In this document: positions 1 to 12,345 of the stretch, piece after piece
Numbering within the stretch: the stretch's first letter is position 1
Layout: every line of letters starts with the position of its first letter
Origin: Selaginella moellendorffii
Lineage: Eukaryota > Plantae > Lycopodiophyta
Assembly: GCF_000143415.4 (NCBI RefSeq)
Contig: NW_003314264.1
Coordinates: 4,258,621 to 4,322,620, forward strand
Reading direction: 5' to 3'
Length of the DNA: 64,000 bases
Translations under genes and position numbers: made by a program
Notes under the pieces: model-generated
What the model was told of the DNA's origin: nothing
What the model saw: only the letters and a program-made list of their open reading frames with translations
Databases searched by the model: none

Positions 1-2019
1 GTCTGATTGTGAATGATAAGCAATTGTGAAAGTGTAGTGTATTCCCAATCGAGTTGTCAAAACACAAAATGCCTTAGCCATAAATGCAGGACTATTATCC
101 GAAAGAATCCACTCCAGACAAAAATGTTGGAACACCACTCGATTGAGGAGGAAGTATTCAACAATAGTTACAGAAGCACTAGCAAGAGCATTAACTTCCA
201 CCTAACGAGTCAATAGTTAGAAACAATGATAACATATTCATTGCCAATAGTCGATCGTGGAAAAGGTCCTATAAGATCAAATGCCACCAACTCAAATGGA
301 CGAGAAATTATAATTGACTCCAACCATCCTTCCATGGCACGAGAGGGAGTATTACAATGTTGGCACCAAACACAATTACACATATACTGAATAACATCAC
401 ATTGCATTTTCGACCAATAGAAAAACTTGTACAGCTTCTTGGTCATATAACACAAGTGTAGATGGCAACGTGTGGCAATAGGTCAAGCAATAAAAGATAA
501 ACTCAAACCTATATCAACTAATACAGAGAGAATAATAGGAGACCTTTTGTTATAAAAACAAGCTTGGAAAGTAAATACTGAATGAACCGGTGCCAAGTGA
601 ACCTCTTGATGATACTTTCAAAAGAAAGATGAAAGAGTCATTGATTTATTCGTGCAAGGTCCCTTCGTTACTTGTGCGATTCCTCATTTCTTGGATGCAT
701 CTTGGTATCCAGACCTTCCATTGCAGTAACACCAATAGGACGTTGTTAATGCCAAGGTCTCCATTCAGGAAATGGAGGTTGCCAATCCAAAAAATGCTGA
801 CAACGCCGATAAATGTGACCAACTTTATCACATGCCTAATAGTGAACATCACGGCCATGACCATGACCTCACCCTTATCTTTGGACTTGAGCAACAGTAG
901 CGTCAACCTCCATTGGAACAGAATCATCACCCACAGAAAGTGGAACGGAAGGATATGTAGCAAGAAGTGGAAGAGACGATGTTTCATAATGTTGTTCCAA
1001 GTGAAGAGCATCGTCAAGAGTGGCTGGAGCAAGTGCATGCACAAGTCCGACAAGATCTTGACGAAGTGCTAGCAATAACATTCTTAGTTTGATTTGCTCC
1101 AACATATTTAGCTCCACACGAAGCAAGAGGTTTCAGAAACGAATGCTAAATTGCATTACCGACTGAGATTGCCTTTGACGAAGACGATGCAATTGCTAGA
1201 AGGCATCATCACAATTGTCAGCATGTTCAAATGTGCGTTTGAAGATGTCTAGGAGAACACTCCAATCCCCATGAGTGGCTGCACTCAAACCATTGTACCA
1301 CTACAGTACTATCCTTTGGAGACACGTGAGAAACTCACACAAATATTAAGTATCATCCCTAAGAATGATATGTGGCAATCACTATGAAGTGATCGAATCA
1401 ATATTACACATCATCCTTAGGATTCCCACAAAAGAACTTTGGCCTAATGCAAGGATTGGCACCAAGAGCAAGAAGAGTTGTACAATGTGCCGTGAATGCT
1501 GCCATCAACTAAATTTGGTTGTTCAATTACAACCGTATAGCATCAAGCAATTGCACCAATTGTTACTCCAGAATCAGAGGAGGAAACTACTACTTTGCTA
1601 TAGAGATGAATGAAAAGGAAAGAATAAAAAAAGGGAAATGAGAAAAAACTAAAAGGAAAGGGAGATCTACACAATAGAAAAGCTAGATCTAAACCAAAAT
1701 CCTAAAATGAAATAACAAAAGAAAGGAAATGGAAAAAACTAGATTTAGACGATTTAGACGATTTAGACAAAAGCTAGATCTAAACTAAAATCCCAAATTC
1801 AAGCACTCCTCAAGGACAATAAAAAGTGCCTCTCATCTCCACTAATGTGAATGCTTGGAATATGAAAAAGGAATACAGAAAATATGCATATTAATTAGCT
1901 CAAAAACCTTAGTTTATATACAAAAGCAAGTGTTCCGGATTGAAACCAATCGAACAGTTACCAAAATCCCACTACGTTAATATTAGTATACAGTCGTAGC
2001 CATATACTTTGACCTCACA
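1..2019 (-). mobile_element. Degenerate, internally deleted Ty3/Gypsy element: short 5' LTR (1846-2019), PBS, gag remnant (~640-1600), integrase remnant (1-470); runs off window start
   Basis: LTR with TG...CA ends; minus-strand gag with PMEVD and a zinc-knuckle remnant (ACDKVGHIYRRC); integrase-like RPFELVAFDLIGPFPRS and CVWCQ; many stops. Confidence 0.75.
1826..1844 (-). promoter_or_regulatory. Degenerate primer-binding site complementary to tRNA-Ala 3' end
   Basis: Minus strand TAGTGGAGATGAGAGGCAC directly after the LTR, versus TGGTGGAGATGCGGGGTAT expected from plant tRNA-Ala. Confidence 0.55.
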
Positions 2020-3417
2020 ATACTTATAAAATATTTTCATTAATAATTGTGATAGATTAATTAGAATTTTGAATTAACTCAATTATTAAGATTAAAGTTT
2101 ATCAATCCAATAAAACTACTTTATATATCAAATTAAAAAGACAACTTAAGCATTAGTTCATTTTTTAGTTTATTGAAGATTTTTAACTGAAGCTTCAATA
2201 TATTTTCTTTTTCATTGAATCTATCTGTTTAGATTCAAAAAATTATTACATATTTTATATAATGCATATTCTAATTAAGAAGTAGAAATAAAAGTAATTT
2301 TTCACTGTATTACATTTAGTACAATGAGCTTTTATTTTACTGTATTGTAAATATAGCTTTTTTCTCAAGAAATAATTTATATGTTTAGAATATGCTTGGA
2401 TATTCTAGTTTATTCTACTATATTTAGACTTTTTATAATAACACACCTCCAAGTATATTAGTATTCTATTGATTACTTTTATTTTATACACATTTATAAT
2501 TCATAAACTTTCTTAAACACTAATGCTTGATTACAACCCACAAATAACCTAAGATAGAATTGTCGTGAGCTCTTCTTCTTCAAACAAGGATTACCAATCC
2601 TCATTGCAGTTTTTCTGAAGGCATTGACATTTAATATTTTAAACTAAATAACACTTAACATCCTATAAGCTCTCTTTGAACCATGGAGATTTTGTGGCCA
2701 GTTTAGCTGTTGGTGTGGCAGGGTACATGTTTAAGCAGTTGTATCCCAATATGTTGCCTCAATTGCAATTGATAGATATTCTTCCACAAGCTCAATCCCT
2801 GGTATATCAGTAACAAATCTAACATTAAATTTGGACTAAAGAGAAACTTGTAACATGATTTATTATGTTATTGTGATTTTTTGTTATATAATAAGTTTAT
2901 CTTCAGATATATTTAAAAATCTAGTTCAAATGAATTCTAAACTAATGATATAGTTTGATTTAAATAGGATGAATATAGCATTTTATTTATGAAATCTAAT
3001 TTTAAAAATTACAATGTTACTAGTGCAGAATTTATGAAAAGAGTTATTAATTATTATTTTGTATTTTAAAATTATACAAAACACAATATCAATATCACTA
3101 TGCTTAAATTTAAATATAACTGTTAGCAAAAACTGCAGATATAATGAAATTTATCCTGTATTATTTTCACTAGATACCATGTATTATGCTTTTTGCACTT
3201 AGTGTTTATTTTGTAATGCTAAGGTAATATTCTAGAAGTAAAATAGTTTTCTTTTAATTTTGTAATTTATATAGTAAATGACAAAATATTAATAATATAA
3301 GTGCTAAAAATTATATTGTAAGAGTTTTTCTTGATGAATATAGATAATAATTAAATTTTTTTACTTTTACTTGACAATAGAAGTTAAAATTTATATAATA
3401 ATTTTTATATTTCAAAG

Positions 3418-5760
3418 TGTAAAGTCTATAAATATATGTATTACCATACCTAGGTAGTACACTAATTATAATACTATAGCATATAAACTGTTTATTTGAG
3501 ACTAAATTTTGTCCATCTATTCTTGTAAATAAGAAGGTGTCTAACCCTGATTAATATACCTAATTTATGCCTTGAAGGAAAAGTTTGTTGATAATGCTTT
3601 GTTCAATATTTGGGATTATGTTTTTTATTTTTATTCCTATATTCTGTTTTAGATCTAGATTTGTATTAGATTTTTGCTAGATCTAAAATTCTAACTATTG
3701 TTGTGCTTCGACTCACTCTTCTTTTTAATCTTTATTGTATTCTCTTCTTCCACCATACTAGATATTTTATTATTAAATTTTTTTAATAACTAGAAAATTA
3801 TCACCATCATCAATTGAAGAACATATCACTAGGCTATAGATGTTGCTCTATTGGATCAAATTTTTAGTGCTGTTAGGTATGATCATATTAGTGTTATGCC
3901 AATGTTATCTTTAGCTTTTGTGGGATGTGATAATATAACTTGTTCTATTCTTGGTGTTTTACCATTTTTACTAATGTGGAATAGTTATAGATAATATAGT
4001 TTAATTCTTAAAGAATATGTAAGGATTAAATTTATAGGAAGATAATGTCTACAAACTTAAGTGGATTCCAAATTAGAACTCTTTTTAACCCATTATAAAG
4101 TGGAGCTAGATTATTGTTACTTATATTATTCTTTTAAGATTTTTAACCATAACAAAGTACAAAAAAAGAGAAAAAATTAGAAATTTAATTATTATAGAGA
4201 TAACTTTAGAGATGAGTTAGAAATTATATAGTATAGGTGTTAATCTTTTAATCTACCATTTGATTTCTTTACCTTCTACCCTTTCCTAACCTTTTTTTTA
4301 TTTCTTAGTTAGAGCATCTTTTCATATTCCTAGTATTTCTTTTTTATTTGCAATATTTACTTCTATTGACATTGATCATTTATGATTTTTATGATTCTCA
4401 TTTTCAATCTAGTATTGGGTGAAATGTATTTTGTCCTCTTTATACGAATTTAAATGTTATATATGTGTGTGAAGTTGAGAATCTTGTTTTTGTTTTGTTG
4501 GCAAAGTATTTAATCAATTTTTGTATTGAGTATTCCTTTGTTCCAAAGGATAAGTCACTTTTGCTAGAGTTTCATATAAAATACGTATCACTAATTATGA
4601 GTGTCATTAAAAATCTTTTCTTTATGGTTGTTTTTAAGGAGTTTATATGTTCCCTTGAGAGTGTGTATATTTTTATTGTTTAAAGTGTGGAATTATGTAT
4701 TGAGGAAATTGAGGAGTGTGAATCTTTTATTTATATTGAGGTGGCTAAAGTATTTTATTATATGAGACCTTTATTCTCTAAGTTCTGAGTACATTTCCTT
4801 CTTTTTATTTTTTTATTTTTATTTTGACAACTGCTCAAAACTCCACTTTTAATGTATCTTTTATCATTTTTTTATATTTAACAATGTTTCTTTTTCAATT
4901 TTTCTCACTTTTTTTTCTTTGCTTCGACATTTCAAACTTTTTTTTTCTTTAAATGAGGGAGTAAATGGGATGGATGGGATTTTTCCCTTGATGATAGAGT
5001 GAAGACAAACATAGTGAGGAACATCATATTCATTCGAATGAAACATTTAACTTTAATGAAATAAGGTTAAATGAATATAATAGTAAAGTGAGGTTGAATA
5101 TTGGAATGAAGATGAGTGTAATGAGTCAAAACAAAACTAATGTTTTACAACTTTTTTGCCTTTGAAAAGGAGGTAAAGGGGATATAAAAGACAAAAAAAG
5201 TAAATCTAACTTCCCATATGCAATGTTTATTGAAAATGAAGATTGTGAATCCAAGTTAATGGTATTTTAGCTAGTGGGCAAACTTAGATATAAAATTTAT
5301 TGTTTGTTGCTATAGTATTTTTTGGACTCCAGTGACTCTTAAAATTCCTTATTTCGGTTTAAAGTTATAACTTCAAACTTGGTTCAATCATTTAGCAACA
5401 CAGAGTTATAGTTAGCTCATCATGATTTCATAGTCAACTGATGTTTGTGCCATAGTTTTGCATTTTGTTTCTATAATTGTTGTCAAATTTTTTATGAAAT
5501 CTTCAAGTTCTTCTGATAGTTTATAATTGCTCAACAAAAGCTATAAATGTTCCATTTAACTTATCATTATCATCTTTTTATCTTCTAAAGGAGAGGATGG
5601 TGTAAGATTTAAACACATATACATATATTATCATGCTTAGGTAATACACTAATTATAGTATTATAGTATATATGTTGTTGGGACTGAATCTTATCCATTT
5701 TTGTATATAAATAGGTCTAAACCCTAATTAATATATATTCCTATATCTTGAGCACTCATA
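3418..5760 (+). mobile_element. Highly decayed AT-rich LTR element with short (~160-170 bp) LTRs at ~3418-3580 and ~5601-5760
   Basis: Direct repeat TAGGTAGTACACTAATTATAATACTATAG / TAGGTAATACACTAATTATAGTATTATAG; purine tract AAAGGAGAGGATGG directly before TG at 5601. Confidence 0.5.
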
Positions 5761-6317
5761 AAACTACTAAAATTCAATTTATCAAGAAAAGTTAAACTTA
5801 CTCTATCTACAATTTTATTATCATTAGGTTTTAAATTTTAAAAACATAATTTTATATGTTCTAGTAAATATATCATACCAGATGAATTGGAGATTTTTTT
5901 ATTTTTAAATATTGAAATATTATAGCTTGAACTAGGCATCTAATAAATATTATTTATTTTAATCAACCAACAACAATGAATTCTATATTTATGATGTATT
6001 TAATATTGGTTATCAAGAAATTTTATTAGAAAATAATTATTTTGAAATTTTATACATTGGAATCCACTTCTTATTAATTATCAAATTTCTGGCCAATATA
6101 TTCAAGATATGGTTTTACAAATTTTGAGATAAGTAGAATATAATGCAAAATGATATGATTTGGGAATGATTGAAACAGTACATAAATATTTCTCACTGAA
6201 TTTCATTAGACTTAGAGAGAAGTTCTAATGAATATCCAAAATGTTTAATTGATGGTATTTCTATAATTAATTATTAAAAATAAAATAGTTTTTCATAATT
6301 ATAACTATATAGAGCAT

Positions 6318-6484
6318 TTGGAATGCATGGAATATAGAAATGGAATACAAATATGCATATCAATTAACCCAAAACCCCTAGCTTATATACAGGAGTGAGT
6401 GATCCAGATTGAAATTAATACAACAGCTATCCCACTATGTTAATATTAGTATACGCCATTATAACCATACACTTGGACCTCACA
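6318..6484 (-). mobile_element. Solo copy of the short LTR at 1846-2019
   Basis: Colinear with 1846-2019 (shared TCCCACTAYGTTAATATTAGTATAC; ends GACCTCACA). Confidence 0.7.
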
Positions 6485-6581
6485 TCATCCTTTACTTTCG
6501 GAATAATGGAAGACAGTCAATGTTCTTTCATGGATGGGTTGGGATCTGGAAAAACATTAGGAGGAGGCATTAGTGTTGTAG

Positions 6582-8220
6582 TGTGAGACACAAAATCCCT
6601 AGGCCCCAAAGTGGAGCCGGAAGGGCGCCACGTGGTAGTGGCCGAAGCGAGAGCCAAACGAGCATAACACGTTTGGACCAAAAGCTCCGACTTGAAAAGT
6701 CAAGAGCGGGAGTGGAACTCCCAACGAAGCGCTCGAGGAACGAGCACGAAGCGAGCAAAAAGCGAGGCTCCAAAAAGGGACCCAAAAGGACCAACACATG
6801 ACACGTGGAAGTGTCCGAGATGGACTCGAGTTGAAGTCCGAAGTGGAGTCCGAGATGGACTCGAGTTGGAGTCCGAAGTGGAGTCCGAGATGGACTCGAG
6901 TTGGAGTCCGAAGTGGAGTCCGAGATGGACCCGAGTTGGAGTCCGAAGTGGAGTCCGACATGGAGTCCGAGGTGGACCCGAGATGGACCCGAGATGGACC
7001 CGAGATGGAGTCCGAGATGGAGTCCGAGATGGACCCGAGATGGAGTCCGAGATGGAGTCCGAGATGGAGTCCGAAGTCGAGACCGAGACCGAGACCGGGA
7101 CCGAGACCGAGACCGAGACCGAGATCGGGACCGAGACCGAGACCGAGGCCGAGGCCGAGACCGAGGCCGAGTCCGAGTTCGAGTCCGAGTCCGAGTCCGA
7201 GTCCGAGTCCGAGTTCGAGTCTGAGAGGGTGAAAGCCCAAAGCGTTCGTCTCCCAGACCCTGGGGGGTTTGGTGAGCTCCAAAAGTATAGTAGGGGGGAG
7301 GACTGCAGTGGAGCCAGTTTGGCCAGGAAAGGCCAGTTTGGCCCAGGAAGGCTGGACCCAGTGTTGGGTGATGAGCTGCCCACTGGGAAGTCCAAGACTA
7401 GAGTGAACACGGACCGACAAGCGGGGTAGCTTGGTGAAGTGTTCAAGAGCCGACTCTAGTTCCCCCGGGAGATCGACTGGCCGATGCTCCCAGTCCAAGT
7501 GTGGGTGGCACTACCTACTTGGATACCTGGTGTGGCTCAACGGAACCCGCTCTAAGCCCATGGCTAGAGCACCCAAGGGCAGAAGGCGAGGAGAGTACCC
7601 AGGTGGCTCGCGTAAGGCCACGGTGTTCCGAAATGTTGTCCCAAAGGCCCAGACTGTGGAAAGGAAGAGGAGCAGTCCTCTGGGGTAGTGACCAAGGACA
7701 CAGTCGTGTGGTGAGGAAGTCCCAGAGGACCGTGGGACTTAGTGGTCGGGCCTGTGGGTCTCGCTCCAGTGGCAGTGTTGGCAAACACGGCCAGGGGCAG
7801 AAAGGGACTTAGTGGGGACTGACGAAGGGATATTGGGGAAGGCTATTCCCCTTGTCGGTGGGCATCCTAAGGATGCTAAGGAGTGGATCTGAGATGACCA
7901 CTCACAGACGGTTTGCCTAGTCTTGGAGAGCCAAGACTGTGATGCAAGTGGTATTGGACTACCAGTGTGGCAAAGGTGATTAGGCATGGCCTTAGCGTAA
8001 CGGGCTGCTATGTCGGTGGTACCTTTGAGTGTCGGTCATGGGATCGGACACGTGGAGCACTTGGACCAAGTGCAAATGTTGAGTGGCATGGATGCCATTC
8101 TTGGGGCTAGCAAGTCCCCAGTCCTGGATTGGACTTATGGAGGTTGTGAATGAGACTCCTCCAAGTGGTCAAAGGTGTGGTTAAGTGACTAAAGTAGAAT
8201 GGAAAATTTAGTCGCCTACA
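6582..8220 (+). repeat. 5' LTR (1639 bp) with internal minisatellite ~6815-7221
   Basis: Near-identical to 12346-14168; units GAGATGGACCC (11 nt), GAGATGGAGTCC (12 nt), GAGACC/GAGTCC (6 nt). Confidence 0.95.
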
Positions 8221-8223
8221 ATT

Positions 8224-8235
8224 TGGTATCGGAGC
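8224..8235 (+). promoter_or_regulatory. PBS, tRNA-iMet type (TGGTATCGGAGC)
   Basis: 3 nt after the LTR end; one mismatch to canonical TGGTATCAGAGC. Confidence 0.85.
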
Positions 8236-10699
8236 TGTTCCTTAGTCCGACTTTTATTGGTGCTCAAGTATATCACCACTAGTGTTGGCATCGGAAGGTC
8301 CGAGGAGTGGGACTATCCTTGAGGAGTAGCAAGTCGGGAAGACATGGCTCTCCATTACAGTTCATGTGTGAACTTGTAGACGAGGTGGTGGATAGAAAAG
8401 GGCCAATAATGGAACGACTTTGGGATCTTGGGAACAGTGCAAGGTTTTCCTCATTGAGTTGAGGAGGTGATCCAGATGAGTGTTTGACTCAGCAAACGGG
8501 CTAATGTAGTTGGGGTAAACAACTATAGTTGGGATCACGGGGAAGATAGAGACTCCAAAAACAATAAAGGAGTCACAAGTTATCCTCACATGGTTGAGGC
8601 TGGTGCTCATGAATGTGAGACCAGAGGTAATGACCGTGGGAGGTCAAATACAGAAGAGGACTCAAGTCCTTGAAATGGTAGCCGGGGCTACCTTTAATAA
8701 ATGCTGGAACAACCCAAGGAGTTGGGGGGTGTACTTAGAGATGAGTGGTATTCTCATCGCATGGACAAGTAGTCCTAAGGGGCAAAAGTTGCCCCCAGAG
8801 AACAAAATCAAGTGTTGGAGTAACACTTGTGAAAATAGTCCTTTTGAGTAGGACAGGAATGCAAGAAGTGTATTCCAGTGAGCTAGTGCCTCACAAGTAG
8901 GACCTTACGGGTCTGTGGATTAACCAAGTCCAAAACTGCTGGATGACTCAAGTAGAGTCAAGGAATGGTCCTAAAGGACTGATGGAAGCATTTGGACTGA
9001 GGTGTGTTGTACCCCACAAAGGATGGGGGGGGGATCATAGGATCCAAGGATGAGAACAGAGGGTATCTCATCGATGGCAAAATGTGCCATGCTAAAGTTA
9101 TGGGAAAGGTGTTCCCAGAAGAAAACAACTTTGACACAAAGTTGTGTGTGACCTCTATGGTGCAGTGCTAACGGATGGTTGGCCTGAGGAAGAGCGGTGT
9201 TGGTCTTGGCAAAGACTTAAACACGAAGGGGAAGTGTCATAGAGGTAGGCTCATGGAGCCGATGGTGTGGAGACACCAAATATGCCAAGGTGTGGTACCT
9301 TGAGGCTATGTTGGTGGGTTCATGAGAACCCCTTGCCAAAGGAATCCCAATGGAAATGGGAATGGCATAGCCTAAGCTGCAGAGCATGCAGTTGAAGTGT
9401 GGTGACCCAGATAATGATGGAGGTGTGAAAGCACCAAGCAATGAGTTGTAGGACTTGACAACTATGAGGCAACTAAGCAAAAGGTGCAAAATAACTGGTT
9501 AAACGGGTAGAAGGTAGCTACCCAAGACTTCTAGCATAGGGAAGTCGGATATACCCTTACGGGGGATAAATTGCTTATGTTGCGATATAGTAAGTCAATG
9601 TCATAAAAGGAAATACTCATTGTCAAGAAAGCCATCATTGGGACACCCGAACGCTCTAGAACACCAGAAGGTGGTGTTTGATGTCGCGAGGGCAATGGAT
9701 AAAGCCCAAGGGACTAAGTCCCTAGCGAATGATGGATAGAAGGTGCTATCCAAATGTCCAAGGTTGCGGAGACAGGAGAGGACTGCCTACCCGAGTTGGA
9801 CAAAGCCAAAAATGGAATTTTGGCAAGGCTAGTGATGGGCATGTAAAGGCCCATAAGCAACAATGTAATCCCAGTGTGTGGGATTATAAGGTGAGCATAC
9901 CCGGATTGAGGAACCACTCCCTGGGCTATTGGGTAGGTTCATCCCTAAGGATACTTGCTAAGGCATGATAGAAAGTGCAAAGCTATCCTCCTGGTCTGGA
10001 GGAGAATAACCAAAAGAAACATATGGGGCCAAAAGGCAAGTAGTATTGGGATGGAACTGAACCATAGAAATCGAAGGGCATAACCAAGGTTGGTTATGCC
10101 AGCTGGGAGTGGAGAATCAAGTGGGGGCTCGAGGGTGTTGCCGCTAGCAACCGTGATGCCATGGAGAGTCTAAAATATGGAATTGTCCATGTTAGACTAT
10201 GTGGCAATTGGAAAGCTTGCAAAAAGGGAGGCCTTAGCAAGCTAAGGGACAGAGTTCCTTCAAGGTTCCCAAAGACGATTCTAGGTAGCTTAGTACCTAG
10301 AAAGGCCAAGTGTAAATGGTTCATGGAACGCGCGAAATCAGAGTGGCGCAGCAGAAGCGTGGTCTTGAAGCTTGCCATGAGGCAAGGCTATCAAGGTTAG
10401 GGAAGTAGTTCCCGAGTGTTCAAAGAGAGGGCTTTGAACGAAAGTCGATGGTCAAGGACTTTCACGCTTATGCATGAACCATGTTACAGTGGTCGGAGGA
10501 CTTGCCAAGCAAGACTGGCAAGTCGGGGGAACAAATACCCTGTTGAAGGTGATAACTTCAAAAGGGTGGGCCATGGGGCCAAGCATGGAGGAGTCCATGC
10601 ATGATCACAAACTTGTCAAGTGAGAGGACTTGGCAATGTGGAGGAACTAGGTTCCTAAGCTGTGATCTGTAGCGCGCTTTAAAAATAAGTTGGTGCACC

Positions 10700-10812
10700 G
10701 GCGTGGGGAGTCACGCCAGGCATCTTGTGTGATGCCGTCCGTAGATGCATATACGGAGGTTGGGTTCGAGTCCCGACCCTCTAGTGATTGGGTTCGAGTC
10801 CCAAATCACTAG
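10700..10812 (+). other. Cluster of five consecutive RNA hairpins including two tRNA T-loop/B-box-like GGTTCGAGTCC motifs
   Basis: Stems read directly from the sequence; homologous copies at ~31660-31775 and ~48510-48582 on the minus strand. Confidence 0.6.
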
Positions 10813-12110
10813 GGCGTGGTGATGGTTTGGAATATGAGGACACTCATATTTCGGTGGTCATGGACTCTCAGTGGGGAGACTGGTTTGGGCACACCGCCAA
10901 GCGAGGGATGCCTCGGAGTCGTGATGCACGGTTAGATTGCTTAGTGTGAAAGCTCGGCATATCTAACTTGAACGCTTTGGTGCAAGTGGCACCAAGGACG
11001 TGGTGAGTGAGATGGGGACACCTAACCTCAGTTGCTATGGACCCTTGGCCGGAAGGGCTGGCTTGGGCGCACCGCCAAGTGTGGGGGATGCCCCCGGGGT
11101 CGTAGTTAACAAGTTAAAGGTCTGGAAGACCTAGTACCTATTGGCAAGCCTGTTAAGGTGCCGAGGTGAGATCACTAGGTGATCTTGTGGCTAAATAAGG
11201 ACAAGGTCCTTGTTTGGGTTAAGGAATAAGGTTCCTAGTTCAAAGTGTTGATTTGAACTATTGATGATGGTGTGGCTTGGTCAAGGTGACCAAGTGGGAA
11301 AAGCACCTTAGGTAAATGAGTTATGTCATTGCGATGGCATAGTGTGTCCAAGGAAAGTAGTCTCTAAAGAGACCCATGGGAGGGTCACAAAGTTGGGCCG
11401 TGGATAGAGCCCACAGCAGAAGATGCTAAAGAGACTTACTAGGGGCGAACACCCTAGTCTTGGCAAAGCAGAGCCTTTGCTATGGAATCAAAAGAATACC
11501 TCAAGGAGGGAGGTAGAGATTCGATGTTGCTTGGTGCAACAATCAACGGATAGGAGCAAAAGATGAGTGGCCAAGATAGGGCCGTGGAATCCCTTGGAAG
11601 GAATCCAAGTGACAAAGTTAGGCGAGGAACACTAATGTGTTGGACGCTAACAAATTCCGGAAAAGGAAATGTGTTTCCAAGGATGGATTCCGAATTGCTC
11701 CGATTTGGCGAAAGTGGAAGCTCCAAGGGAGGGAGCGGTAAGGTAGCCAAATGATAGGGCAATGGACAACCCTAGCACAAAGTGTGATAAATGGAACTTA
11801 GTGCCCAAGGTGGCACGAAATAGAAGAGAGGATGATGGTGCCCTCAAGTAACGAACTTCCTAGGATAGGGAAGTGGAGTTGCACAATCTGTGCAATGCAA
11901 GGTGTTGGAGACACCTAGGAAATTGACTTCCAAAAGTCAAAAGAGTAAAAGTTCCAAGGTGCAAACATTCAATAGATGGAAATTGAGACTACTCGAGAAG
12001 GAGTAGTGGGATTGACTTAGAGAAAGGTCTCTAAGAGGTTTAGCAAGAACCACTACATGTGGTCCAATCAATCTCTAAGTTGGAGAGGCTACCCTCCTTA
12101 GAGGATAAGC

Positions 12111-12245
12111 AAGGCAAAGTGAGCCTTTGGTGTCAAACCATTGAGGCATATGCAAAAGGCATGGTGAGCCTTCAATGTCAAACCATTGACGAATATGGAA
12201 AAGGCATGGTGAGCCTTCAATGTCGAACCATTGACAAATATTGGC
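12111..12245 (+). repeat. Three tandem 45-bp units upstream of the PPT
   Basis: Unit AAGGCATGGTGAGCCTTCAATGTCAAACCATTGACGAATATGGAA; also present in the copy at ~47060-47195. Confidence 0.85.
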
Positions 12246-12345
12246 TAGGTGCCAAGGATGGAAATGGTAACACATGCGAGTGTTACTTTACAAAATGGTT
12301 TACCGTTCGATGAGGACATCGAACTTCGTCTATGGGTGGTGGAGT

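Noticed and set aside
6815-7221. CRISPR-like array
   Set aside because: Contiguous 6-12 nt units with no unique spacers, no cas genes, eukaryotic context
6570-7500. Long ORFs in all frames (RWSP, MESE, GLGL, RDRD repeats), also at 12283-13446, 35931-36793, 45948-47021 and 51820-52171
   Set aside because: Artefacts of stop-free minisatellites inside LTRs
7815-7860. Hammerhead ribozyme (retrozyme) core CTGACGA in the LTR
   Set aside because: No GAAA core after the putative stem II, and CTGA is not conserved in the LTR copy near 45620
10738-10812. tRNA gene or tRNA-derived SINE
   Set aside because: T-arm-like hairpins only; no cloverleaf, clear A-box or poly-T/A tail
12305-12330. Hammerhead-like GATGAG...CGAAC
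   Set aside because: Lacks CUGA and GAAA; explained as a simple 8-bp hairpin
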